A stretch of 30,253 bases of DNA from an uncultured Spirochaetia bacterium (lineage in GTDB: Bacteria; Spirochaetota; CALGPD01). A program made the position numbers and the translations under genes. The DNA lies in the NCBI GenBank assembly GCA_937960625.1, contig CALGPD010000205.1, forward strand, positions 1 through 30,253. Reading direction: 5' to 3'. This document shows positions 8,944-17,348 of the stretch, one piece after another (positions within the stretch are counted from its first letter, which is position 1; each line of letters opens with the position of its first letter). A model generated the notes under the pieces. It was not told the DNA's origin and searched no databases. It was given only the letters and a program-made list of their open reading frames with translations.

Positions 8944-9001
8944 TATATATAATAACAAACGCAAATTATTAAAATTGTCAAGAATATTTATTAAAATAGC
9001 G

Positions 9002-10468
9002 CTATTTTAATAAATTAACTATTTCATGGCCTACTTTTGTTATATCTCCCGCGCCGAGAGTTATAACAATATCGCCTTTTTGAATTTGATTCATTATTTT
9101 ATCAGGTACATCTGCAAGATCGTCAACACACTCTAATTCAACACTTTCTTCTTTTAATAAATCATATATTAACGTTGTAGTTACTCCCGGGATTGGCTTT
9201 TCCCGTGCCGGATAAATCGGAGTTAAGAAAACCTTATCAGCAAGTTTAAGGCTTTGGGCAAATTCTTCAAAATGCATTTGCGTTCTAGAGTATAAATGTG
9301 GTTGAAAAATTGCAACTAAACGGCGGGAATCATCATTTTTTGAAATCTGACGCGCTGCTTGCAGAGTTGCCTGTATTTCATTAGGATGATGCGCGTAATC
9401 ATCAATGATTAATATTTCATCTTTATCATAGAGTATTTGAAAACGCCTTTCGGAATTTACAAATTTACTAAGAGCAGATTTTATTTTATCAATTGAAACT
9501 CCGACCGCAACCGAAGTCGCAATTACGGAAAGGGCGTTCATAACATTGTGTTTTCCCGGAATCCTGAGAGTGAATTCTCCAAGTTCTTCGCCGAATGATT
9601 TCACCTGAAACTTTGTATTCATTCCATCAAACTTAAGTCCGTAGGCGCTGACATCCGCATTTTCAGAAAAACCAAAAGTTATAACCTTTTTAGATAAATC
9701 ATGCAATATTTCTTTTACGTTATCATCGTCAATATTAGCAACGCAAAAACTATAGAATGGAACTTTATTTAAAAAATGCCTGAATGTCTGTTTTAGTTCA
9801 TCAAAATTATTATAGGATTCCATATGATCTTTATCAACATTTAACAAAACGCTTATTTCAGGTAAAAAATATTCTATTGAATTATACGCTTCACATGCTT
9901 CAAAAACCAGATAATCTCCGTGCCCTAAATGTGCATTTGAACCAAGGGAATCCAACACTCCGCCGATTAACATTGTGGGGTCAAAACCGCCTTCTTTTAA
10001 AACAAGGCTTAACATACCCGTTGTTGTGGTCTTGCCGTGTGTTCCGGCAATACCAATACCTTTCTTCATTCTTACTAATTCGTTCAACATCTCAGCTCTA
10101 GGTATAACGGGAATTTTAGTCTGTTTTGCTTCACGTATTTCAGGATTAGTCATCGGCACCGCTGCGCTAAAAACAACTACAGAACAGCCATGGACGTTTT
10201 CTTTTTCATGCTCATAGTATACTCTAGCTCCGAGTTTTTCTAATCGTTTAGTAATCGGGCTTTTCTTTTTATCAGAACCGGAAACTTTATAACCCAGGTT
10301 TAATAGTACCTCAGCAATTCCACTCATGCCAATACCGCCGATACCAATAAAGTGAATAGTACCTAACTGTTCATTCATACCGTGGTTTTTATCCGGACTT
10401 TGTGAAACACCCATGCCGAGCCCTATCCTTTCTGATTTATCAAAAAAAGGTGTAAAAATATTTTTCAT
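9002..10468 (-). CDS. murC: UDP-N-acetylmuramate--L-alanine ligase
   Basis: IHFIGIGGIGMSGIAEVLLNLGYKVSGSD, GTHGKTTTT, and Mur ligase middle and C-terminal domains. The start is uncertain: candidates are TTG 10483, ATG 10468, ATG 10414 (preceded by AAAGGATAGGG) and ATG 10378. Confidence 0.9.
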   Translation of the reverse strand: MKNIFTPFFDKSERIGLGMGVSQSPDKNHGMNEQLGTIHFIGIGGIGMSGIAEVLLNLGYKVSGSDKKKSPITKRLEKLGARVYYEHEKENVHGCSVVVFSAAVPMTNPEIREAKQTKIPVIPRAEMLNELVRMKKGIGIAGTHGKTTTTGMLSLVLKEGGFDPTMLIGGVLDSLGSNAHLGHGDYLVFEACEAYNSIEYFLPEISVLLNVDKDHMESYNNFDELKQTFRHFLNKVPFYSFCVANIDDDNVKEILHDLSKKVITFGFSENADVSAYGLKFDGMNTKFQVKSFGEELGEFTLRIPGKHNVMNALSVIATSVAVGVSIDKIKSALSKFVNSERRFQILYDKDEILIIDDYAHHPNEIQATLQAARQISKNDDSRRLVAIFQPHLYSRTQMHFEEFAQSLKLADKVFLTPIYPAREKPIPGVTTTLIYDLLKEESVELECVDDLADVPDKIMNQIQKGDIVITLGAGDITKVGHEIVNLLK

Positions 10469-10724
10469 AATAATTATTCTCAATTCTTTTGCTATATATA
10501 ATTTAAAAAACAGTTTAAAATTTTCTAGTTTTTTTTTAAAAATGTTCCTATTTACCGTAAAAAAAACGTAATATTTCTTGCATAAGTAATGTAAAATTTT
10601 GTTATCAACTAAGTATTAGTTAAAATTAATATAATAAATATAATTTTGTTAAGGTAAATCAATTCCTGCCGATTTTATATTTGTTATAGTTTTTTTAATA
10701 AAAATAGATATTTAGGAATTTTCA

Positions 10725-11438
10725 ATGAACTTATTGCTTATAAGCGTTGATAGTAACATTAAAAATATATTAGTCTCGAGTTTACTTCCAAAAGGTTATC
10801 CCGTTTTTGATACGGATTATGATAGAGATAGTATTACTAACATCATTAAAAAGAAAGAGATTAACGTAGTTTTCATGGACGTGGACAAAGAAGGCGGGCT
10901 AATTGAACACCTTGATCTAATTAAAATGATAAGAAGTATGAATATTGCCCTTATCGCGTATACAGAGAACGCTGCTGAAAGTGAAGTAAAGATTCTTATT
11001 GAACACGGTGTAACTGCATATATTGAAAAAACTGAAAAAATTGCACATGATATAAAAAGATTAATTGAAGTTATATTTAAAAACGTTCCGCAAAAAGAAA
11101 AACGCAAAGCATTACGCGTTAAAATTAACGAACAAGACGAAGCCACTGTAAACTTCAGCGTTCCTAATTCAAGCAAAGTTATAAAAGGTTTTGTTATAGA
11201 AATAAGTTATCTAGGCCTGTTTTTTAAAGTTGATTATTTATATGATACATCGGGTTTAAGGCCCGGCGATGTAATATCAAGGTTAACTTTAATGATAAAC
11301 TCAAAAAGAGCCATAACCGATGTGCAAATAGTTATGATTAAAGGCGATTTTGTTGGCGCTAAATTTCTAAACCACGATGACGCTTTAAAAAACCTTCTCG
11401 TTAGATTTATCCACGAAAAAATGACAGAAACAATTTAA
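10725..11438 (+). CDS. Receiver-like domain fused to PilZ (c-di-GMP-binding) domain
   Basis: The N-terminal flavodoxin-like REC has D at FMDVD and T/K positions, but lacks the N-terminal DD pair. The C-terminal half carries PilZ RxxxR (KRKALRVK) and, about 28 residues later, a DxSxxG-like EISYLG (E in place of D/N). Beta-barrel-like GDVISRLTLMI...IVMIKGDFVGAKF follows. An AGGA RBS is present. Confidence 0.55.
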   Translation: MNLLLISVDSNIKNILVSSLLPKGYPVFDTDYDRDSITNIIKKKEINVVFMDVDKEGGLIEHLDLIKMIRSMNIALIAYTENAAESEVKILIEHGVTAYIEKTEKIAHDIKRLIEVIFKNVPQKEKRKALRVKINEQDEATVNFSVPNSSKVIKGFVIEISYLGLFFKVDYLYDTSGLRPGDVISRLTLMINSKRAITDVQIVMIKGDFVGAKFLNHDDALKNLLVRFIHEKMTETI

Positions 11439-12403
11439 ATTACCTTTGCTTCAAGTATATCGTGAATATGTAATAACCCTATAGGCTTATTATCCTTTAC
11501 AACAACAAGAGATGTATATTTGTTCTCCATTATTTTTAACGCTTCACCCACAAACCGGTCGGCGCTAATGGTTTTAGGGCTCTTACTCATAACATTTTTA
11601 AGCGGCTTGTCTAAAAACCCTGTGCTGTATTTTAATGCAAGCCGTTTTAAATCACCGTCAACCAATACTCCTGAAAGTTTTCCCTTGCCATCAACCGCAA
11701 TAACAATTCCTCTATTCTTTTTACTTATAATAACTTCTAATGCCTGCTTCACATTTATATTTTCATTCACTATTGGCAAGTTATCTTTCTCCATAATTTT
11801 TTCAACATATAACAACTGTTTGCCTATTGAGCCACCTGGATGATATTCTTTAAAATCCTTATGAGAAAATCCTCTTAGCTCCATTAACGCTATGGCAAGA
11901 GCATCGCCAAGCGCAAGCATTGAAGTTGTTGAAGTTGTTGGCGCTAGATTCATGGGGCAGGCTTCATTATCAACATTAATATACAAATTTATATCAGAAT
12001 TATTAGACAATTGGTTTTTTGGTTTATTCGTTATACTTATTAAAGGAAGCCCTATTCTTTTAATAAAAGGAATAAGAGAATTAATCTCGCCCGTATTGCC
12101 TGATTTGCTAAGTGCAACGAAAACATCGTCTCCTGATATTATTCCAATATCACCGTGTACTGCTTCAGCAGGGTTTAAAAAAAACGCGGTCGTTCCCGTT
12201 GACGTTAGAGTTGCTGCAATCTTTCTACCTATATTCCCGCTTTTACCCATACCGCTTACTATAACTTTACCTGTGGAATTGAAAATACATTCAACCGCTT
12301 TTTGAAAAGATTCATCCAGCGAGTTTTTTAAATTTAATAAAGCATTGGCTTCATTTTCAATTACGTTCTTTCCAGCATCAATTATTCCGCTCACAAATCC
12401 CAC
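11435..12403 (-). CDS. kdsD: Arabinose-5-phosphate isomerase (SIS + tandem CBS), KdsD/KpsF family
   Basis: SIS motif VIVSGMGKSGNIGRKIAATLTSTGTTAFFLNPAEAVHGDIG with C-terminal CBS pair. It overlaps the kdsA stop by 13 nt, consistent with an operon. Confidence 0.85.
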   Translation of the reverse strand: MGFVSGIIDAGKNVIENEANALLNLKNSLDESFQKAVECIFNSTGKVIVSGMGKSGNIGRKIAATLTSTGTTAFFLNPAEAVHGDIGIISGDDVFVALSKSGNTGEINSLIPFIKRIGLPLISITNKPKNQLSNNSDINLYINVDNEACPMNLAPTTSTTSMLALGDALAIALMELRGFSHKDFKEYHPGGSIGKQLLYVEKIMEKDNLPIVNENINVKQALEVIISKKNRGIVIAVDGKGKLSGVLVDGDLKRLALKYSTGFLDKPLKNVMSKSPKTISADRFVGEALKIMENKYTSLVVVKDNKPIGLLHIHDILEAKVI

Positions 12404-13239
12404 CTTTTCATATTGCCGACGTGTTCAAACAAATCTATCATTTCTTGTAAAAAGTCTTTAAGTTTATCAATGGGGAACATATTCTTGCCGTCACTTAAAG
12501 CTTTTTCAGGTTTTGTATGAACTTCCATGAACAAACCCTTAGCTCCGGCTGCAATTGCTGCTCTTGCCAAAGCAGGTATAAACTCCCTGTTACCGTCACT
12601 CATTCCTCCTAAGCCCCCGGGACGCTGAACACTATGCGTTGCGTCAAATATTACAGGCGCGTATTCGCTCATAACGTGTAAGCCCCGCATATCCACAACG
12701 AGGTTATTATACCCGAAACTCGTTCCTCTTTCCGTAATCATTACTTTGTCATTGCCGGTACTCTGTACTTTATTAACAGCATAACGCATATCCCAGGGAG
12801 ACATAAACTGGCCTTTTTTAATATTTATTATCTTACCCGTTCTGCCGGATTCAACGAGTAAATCCGTTTGCCGTGATAAGAATGCCGGTATTTGAATAAT
12901 GTCAAGTACCCTTGAAGCCTGCTCAATTTCTGATACGGAATGAACATCAGATAAGACTGGGATTTTAAAATCTTCTTTAATGTTATATAAAATTGCAAGC
13001 CCTTCTTTTACCCCCGGCCCTCTAAAAGAATCAACAGATGTCCTGTTTGCTTTATCATAAGACGCTTTAAATACAAATGGAACTTCAAGCTCATCCGTAA
13101 TTTTAACAATCTTCCCTGCCATATCATACGTACTTTCAGCATCTTCAATTACGCACGGCCCTAATATAAGCACAAGGCGTTTATCCGCTACATTATCCGG
13201 AGTACGTATACCGAGTTTTTCTAAATAATGTTCTTCCAT
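12391..13239 (-). CDS. kdsA: 3-deoxy-8-phosphooctulonate (KDO8P) synthase
   Basis: The protein aligns to E. coli KdsA across its whole length (PFVFKASYDKANRTS..FRGPG, QIPAFLSRQTDL, KKGQF, ITERGTSFGYNNLVVDMR, VIFDATHSVQ). Confidence 0.9.
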   Translation of the reverse strand: MEEHYLEKLGIRTPDNVADKRLVLILGPCVIEDAESTYDMAGKIVKITDELEVPFVFKASYDKANRTSVDSFRGPGVKEGLAILYNIKEDFKIPVLSDVHSVSEIEQASRVLDIIQIPAFLSRQTDLLVESGRTGKIINIKKGQFMSPWDMRYAVNKVQSTGNDKVMITERGTSFGYNNLVVDMRGLHVMSEYAPVIFDATHSVQRPGGLGGMSDGNREFIPALARAAIAAGAKGLFMEVHTKPEKALSDGKNMFPIDKLKDFLQEMIDLFEHVGNMKRWDL

Positions 13240-13470
13240 AAACTTTTCCTGTAATACCGTTTTAACAATTACATTATAATACTCTGTATTTATTGCTTTG
13301 TCAAGACAGTATTAAACGCAAAAAAGATTCAATTTTTCGGTTTACATAATCCATGAATTTTAATAAATTACTTATGGAAAATAGTATTTTGACGAATATA
13401 GCATTAACCTGAAAAATAACCCAGTGTTGATTTTTATAACATCAGCACGCGTATTAAAGAGGAAAAAATT

Positions 13471-13974
13471 ATGCAAATGGATTACAGATACATTAACCCG
13501 TTTATTACTTCAGCAATTTCAATAATTAGAGAAACCACCGGAGTAAATGTAAGGAGAAAACGCGTTTATTTACACAAAGGCAAAGAGTCCATCGGCGGTG
13601 TTGGTATTACACTTGGTTTATCAGGTGATATAAAAGGCCGCGTTGTATATGAATTTTCACGGGGCATGACAATGAGGCTGGCATCCAGAATGTTAAGGCA
13701 ATCCGAGATTAATTTTAAAGACAAACAAGAGTTTATTACTCTGCTTGAATCCGCAATTCTTGAACTCGGCAACCTTATTTCAGGTAAAGCAATCGGAGTT
13801 TTACTAAACAACGGCTATAACTGCAACATTACACCACCGGATTTCTGGTACGGCAAAGACGTTTCTTTAATTCCGTTTTATTTATTAACAATAGTAATTG
13901 AATTATCCACACCGTACGGAGATTTCGCCATTAACTTATCTATTCAGCAGAAAAAAGAAGTACTCGTAGCGTAG
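13471..13974 (+). CDS. CheX-like protein (CheC/CheX/FliY phosphatase family), orphan
   Basis: The N-terminal INPFITSAISIIRETTG and later EFITLLESAILELGNLISGKA fit the CheX fold signature. A strong RBS AAGAGGAAAAAATTATG is present. No other che genes are in the window. Confidence 0.55.
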   Translation: MQMDYRYINPFITSAISIIRETTGVNVRRKRVYLHKGKESIGGVGITLGLSGDIKGRVVYEFSRGMTMRLASRMLRQSEINFKDKQEFITLLESAILELGNLISGKAIGVLLNNGYNCNITPPDFWYGKDVSLIPFYLLTIVIELSTPYGDFAINLSIQQKKEVLVA

Positions 13975-14042
13975 ATAATTCTGATAAAATATATCCAATT
14001 TAGCCTCACCACGGATAGACTATATTGTGAGTAAAAAAGAAA

Positions 14043-15113
14043 TCACCCTACTTCAAGCATACGTTCAAGCGCTTTGCGCGCATTAATAATAACGTTGTCG
14101 TTTACCTCAACAGCAAAATCTCCGCTCACAAGGTTTTCAAGACAGTAAAGTAAGTGGTATACGGAAATCTTCATCATATCCGGGCAGATACTGCTGTTAA
14201 CGGGAACAATTGTCTTTTCGCCTTTATACTCGTTGTATAACCTGTTCACCATGTTTAATTCGGTTCCAATTCCAATTACGCTGTCCTTTGGAGCATCTTT
14301 AACATAATCGATGATAAAGGACGTTGAGCCTGCCGCGTCACATGCATTAACTACGTCTGGAGTACATTCAGGGTGTACGACGATTTTGATGCCGGGGTAT
14401 TTTTCCCTTAACTGTTTTACGTTTTCTATAGTAAACTTTAAAGCGTGTACATGGCAGTAACCTTTCCACACAATGATTTTTGCGTTTTTAATCTGCTCTG
14501 CCGTATTTCCGCCAAGATGTTTTGATTTATCCCAAACCATAATCTCATCAACTCCAAGTTTTGCAGCCGTATTTCTACCCAGCTGCTCATCGGGCATGAA
14601 AAATAATTTCTCACCCTGTTCAAAAGCCCAGCGGAATATTTTTTCTGCATTTGAGGAAGTACAAACAATACCCCCGTGTTCTCCGCAAAAAGCTTTAATG
14701 TCAGCAGAACTGTTCATATAGCACGCTGGAATTACTTTTTCCGTATCAATATATTCCTGCATTTCTGTCCATGCTTTTTCCGCGGATTCTATATCCGCGA
14801 AATCAGCCAGAGGGCAGCCCGCGGTATGGTTCGGAAGATAAACCGTTTGCGCCGGTTTGGCAAGAATTCTCGCTGCTTCAGCCATAAAATAAACTCCGCA
14901 GAAAACAATGTGTTCGGCTTTTTCCTGTTCCGAAGCCATTTTAGCAAGAGCAAAAGAGTCTCCTTTTAAATCCGAAAGCTCCACAATTAAATCCTGTTCA
15001 TAATGATGGCCGAGTATAACGAGTCCTGAACCGTATTTTCTCTTTATATCTTTTATCTTTTTTACTGTTTCCTGTTCGGAAAGTAAAAAGTATTGCTCCG
15101 GCAGTTTATCCAT
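14043..15113 (-). CDS. nadA: Quinolinate synthase A
   Basis: Near-colinear match to B. subtilis-type NadA: LVILGHHYEQDLIVELSDLKGDSFALAKMASEQEKAEHIVFCGVYFMAEAARIL...TAGCPLADF. Confidence 0.9.
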   Translation of the reverse strand: MDKLPEQYFLLSEQETVKKIKDIKRKYGSGLVILGHHYEQDLIVELSDLKGDSFALAKMASEQEKAEHIVFCGVYFMAEAARILAKPAQTVYLPNHTAGCPLADFADIESAEKAWTEMQEYIDTEKVIPACYMNSSADIKAFCGEHGGIVCTSSNAEKIFRWAFEQGEKLFFMPDEQLGRNTAAKLGVDEIMVWDKSKHLGGNTAEQIKNAKIIVWKGYCHVHALKFTIENVKQLREKYPGIKIVVHPECTPDVVNACDAAGSTSFIIDYVKDAPKDSVIGIGTELNMVNRLYNEYKGEKTIVPVNSSICPDMMKISVYHLLYCLENLVSGDFAVEVNDNVIINARKALERMLEVG

Positions 15114-15116
15114 TTG

Positions 15117-15959
15117 TTACTCTCCTTTTTCAATATACATACTTATATCCAATGCGTTTACAGAATGTGTAAGCGCGCCAACGGAAATATAATCTACTCC
15201 GGTTTCAGCAACGCGTTTAATTGTATCTCCGGTTATGCCTCCGGATGCTTCAAGAGGTATGCGTCCAATGATAAAATCAACGCACTGTTTCATAAGTTTT
15301 AAACTCATGTTATCGAGTAAAATCCTGTCAACTTTTAAATCAGCGCATACCTGCACATCTTCAAAAGTACGGCATTCTACTTCAATAGGTAATTCACTGT
15401 AAGCTGAATTTTTTACTTTATTTATAGCTTTAGAAATAGAGCCTGCACGGTCGATGTGGTTGTCTTTAATTAATACCATGTCGTTTAACCCCATACGGTG
15501 GTTTAATCCCCCGCCGTAATGAACAGCCATTTTATCAAGAAAACGCAGACCCGGGGCAGTTTTTCTCGTGTCTAATAACCTTGCATGAGTATGAGAAATA
15601 ATTTCACTAAGCTGATGTGTCTTCGCTGCTATACCGCAAGCGCGTTGAAGGATATTAAGGCAGATTCTTTCTCCGCGCAGTAAATCAAGAACAAACCCTG
15701 ATATTCGCGCGATTTCATCTCCCTGTTTGATTTTATCTCCGTCAGTCTTTTTGATTTCAATTTTAACATTTTCATCAAGAATTTTAAACACTCTTAAACC
15801 CTGCTCAATACACGCAAGAATACCGTCTTGTTTGCAGATAACTTTGGCTGTAGCTCTTTCTTCGGATTTAAATATTGCTTTTGAAGTTGCGTCATCGCCG
15901 TCTTCTTTTAAAGCAATATTAATTAATTCATCGAGTTTTATATTTTCGTTGTTAAACAT
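15117..15959 (-). CDS. nadC: Nicotinate-nucleotide pyrophosphorylase [carboxylating] (quinolinate phosphoribosyltransferase)
   Basis: LLDTRKTAPGLRFLDKMAVHYGGGLNHRMGLNDMVLIKDNH, plus a C-terminal TIM-barrel segment. It is separated from nadA by 3 nt. Confidence 0.9.
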   Translation of the reverse strand: MFNNENIKLDELINIALKEDGDDATSKAIFKSEERATAKVICKQDGILACIEQGLRVFKILDENVKIEIKKTDGDKIKQGDEIARISGFVLDLLRGERICLNILQRACGIAAKTHQLSEIISHTHARLLDTRKTAPGLRFLDKMAVHYGGGLNHRMGLNDMVLIKDNHIDRAGSISKAINKVKNSAYSELPIEVECRTFEDVQVCADLKVDRILLDNMSLKLMKQCVDFIIGRIPLEASGGITGDTIKRVAETGVDYISVGALTHSVNALDISMYIEKGE

Positions 15960-15974
15960 TTTACGCCTTTATTT

Positions 15975-17348
15975 TTAGAAATGAAAAATTCCGCCTGCAT
16001 GCCAGATAAATCCGCTCTCCAATGCCATGCCGAAAACGTATCCGTTGGTTTTATAACCGATTCGTCCGGTTAAACGGAATAGATGAGATATCATAACGGT
16101 AATATCCAGATAGCCTGCGATTCCGAAATATAAATCGGTTTTCGCGGGATTTGAAACATAGTCATGAACTATTTCAGGCTGCATAAACACATGTAACGCC
16201 CCGCCGAAAAATAAATTTTGAACAATTTCAATACCCTTGAACTTTACACCGGCTCCCCACGCGGAAACGAACTCTCCCGTTGTCATACGGAAATATGGGA
16301 TAAATAAAAGCCTTTTATCAAACTTTATAAATATATCCACATACCATTCAACTCCATAAGGAGCAAGAGATATTCTCCCGGAAGGCAATATATCGGCTTT
16401 ACCCACGGGTATCATTATAGTTTTCATAATCTTTTTACCCGTTATTTGAGAATAAAAATGGGATGCCGCGGCAAAAAACAACAGCGGGTCAGCTAATATC
16501 AGCCATTTATAATTCTGAAGTTTATCAAGAGTGAGTTTGTATTTCGATGATGTTGAATATCCGTATTTCTGATTTACTAAATTAATGTAAGCCGCAATAT
16601 CGTTTCCGTCTGATGAATTAATATCTTCGGTGTAATGAATGTAATAAAACAAATCAAGCCTGGTTAATAGATACGTTGTAAAATCATGCGGCGCAATGTA
16701 TCCGTCCTGCACCCATCTCATGGCTACAATATGCGACATTAACATATTGGCTTCATAACCCCCGCTGATAATCATTAAATTATGGTCTGTGCTGGATACA
16801 CCGTGATATTCCATATATCCTCCGCCACCCCCAAAAGGAAACGGCCAGTTAATTTTAACTTTGTCAACAGTTCCACCGGCTTCTCTTACTCTAACAGCAT
16901 GGCCGAAGAACTCGTGATTAAAAGTAACAGCAGCATGGATAATTGGTAAATCAACAATTATTGATTTGGCAAAATAAGTTATAACCTGAATTAAAGGGCT
17001 TGAATTTTTATGCATAAAACTAATGGGATAATTCGTTCCTTTTACAAAAGCCATTGCGGCAGATTCCATGGTTATTGCAGCAGGATAAGTACTGTAGATA
17101 GAATAGTTAAACACAAACATAAAGTCCCTTTTAGGAAATCCGTCAAAACTCGTTTCTTTTTCGCCTCTTCCTATATCGTCAACATCGGGTATCATTTGTA
17201 TTTTAGTACGTTCTTTATATCCGCCTTCAGTGCGTACTTGTGAACGGTCACCCATTAACGGGTTATCATTATCTTCGCCCGCAAATAAAAGGTTTATAGA
17301 AAAAATTGTTATTAATAAAGCAGTAATAAATAACTTTGAATATTTCAC
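15975..17348 (-). CDS. Secreted / probable outer-membrane protein of unknown function (signal peptide, C-terminal aromatic residue)
   Basis: N-terminal signal peptide MKYSKLFITALLITIFSINLLFAGED. An internal FNHEFFGHAVR (HExxxH) and a glycine cluster PFGGGGGY are present. The C-terminus ...GGIFHF ends in Phe, as in beta-barrel OMPs. It sits 15 nt upstream of nadC, co-oriented. Confidence 0.55.
   Translation of the reverse strand: MKYSKLFITALLITIFSINLLFAGEDNDNPLMGDRSQVRTEGGYKERTKIQMIPDVDDIGRGEKETSFDGFPKRDFMFVFNYSIYSTYPAAITMESAAMAFVKGTNYPISFMHKNSSPLIQVITYFAKSIIVDLPIIHAAVTFNHEFFGHAVRVREAGGTVDKVKINWPFPFGGGGGYMEYHGVSSTDHNLMIISGGYEANMLMSHIVAMRWVQDGYIAPHDFTTYLLTRLDLFYYIHYTEDINSSDGNDIAAYINLVNQKYGYSTSSKYKLTLDKLQNYKWLILADPLLFFAAASHFYSQITGKKIMKTIMIPVGKADILPSGRISLAPYGVEWYVDIFIKFDKRLLFIPYFRMTTGEFVSAWGAGVKFKGIEIVQNLFFGGALHVFMQPEIVHDYVSNPAKTDLYFGIAGYLDITVMISHLFRLTGRIGYKTNGYVFGMALESGFIWHAGGIFHF

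Noticed and set aside
10595-10652. 10-bp direct repeat AATTTTGTTA (10595-10604 and 10643-10652) in the murC / REC-PilZ divergent region
   Set aside because: Low-complexity A/T decamer. Chance recurrence is plausible within a 240-bp AT-rich spacer, and there is no supporting symmetry.
10817-11176. ORFs antisense to or inside annotated genes: 10817-11176(-), 11520-11843(+), 11892-12305(+), 14438-14969 (several), 17010-17243(+), 19106-19534(-), 20864-21091(-), 21150-22616(-), 22980-23234(-), 29949-30149(-)
   Set aside because: Each lies wholly inside a longer ORF on the other strand or frame that has clear homology-type signatures (PilZ, KdsD, NadA, OMP, MFS, ATP-grasp, DUF1704, rSAM). None has start signals or domain-like sequence.
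13975-14042. Terminator between convergent cheX and nadA
   Set aside because: Only a 5-bp CTCAC/GTGAG stem with a 17-nt loop, and the A/T-runs are on the wrong side for both strands. Not a convincing intrinsic terminator.
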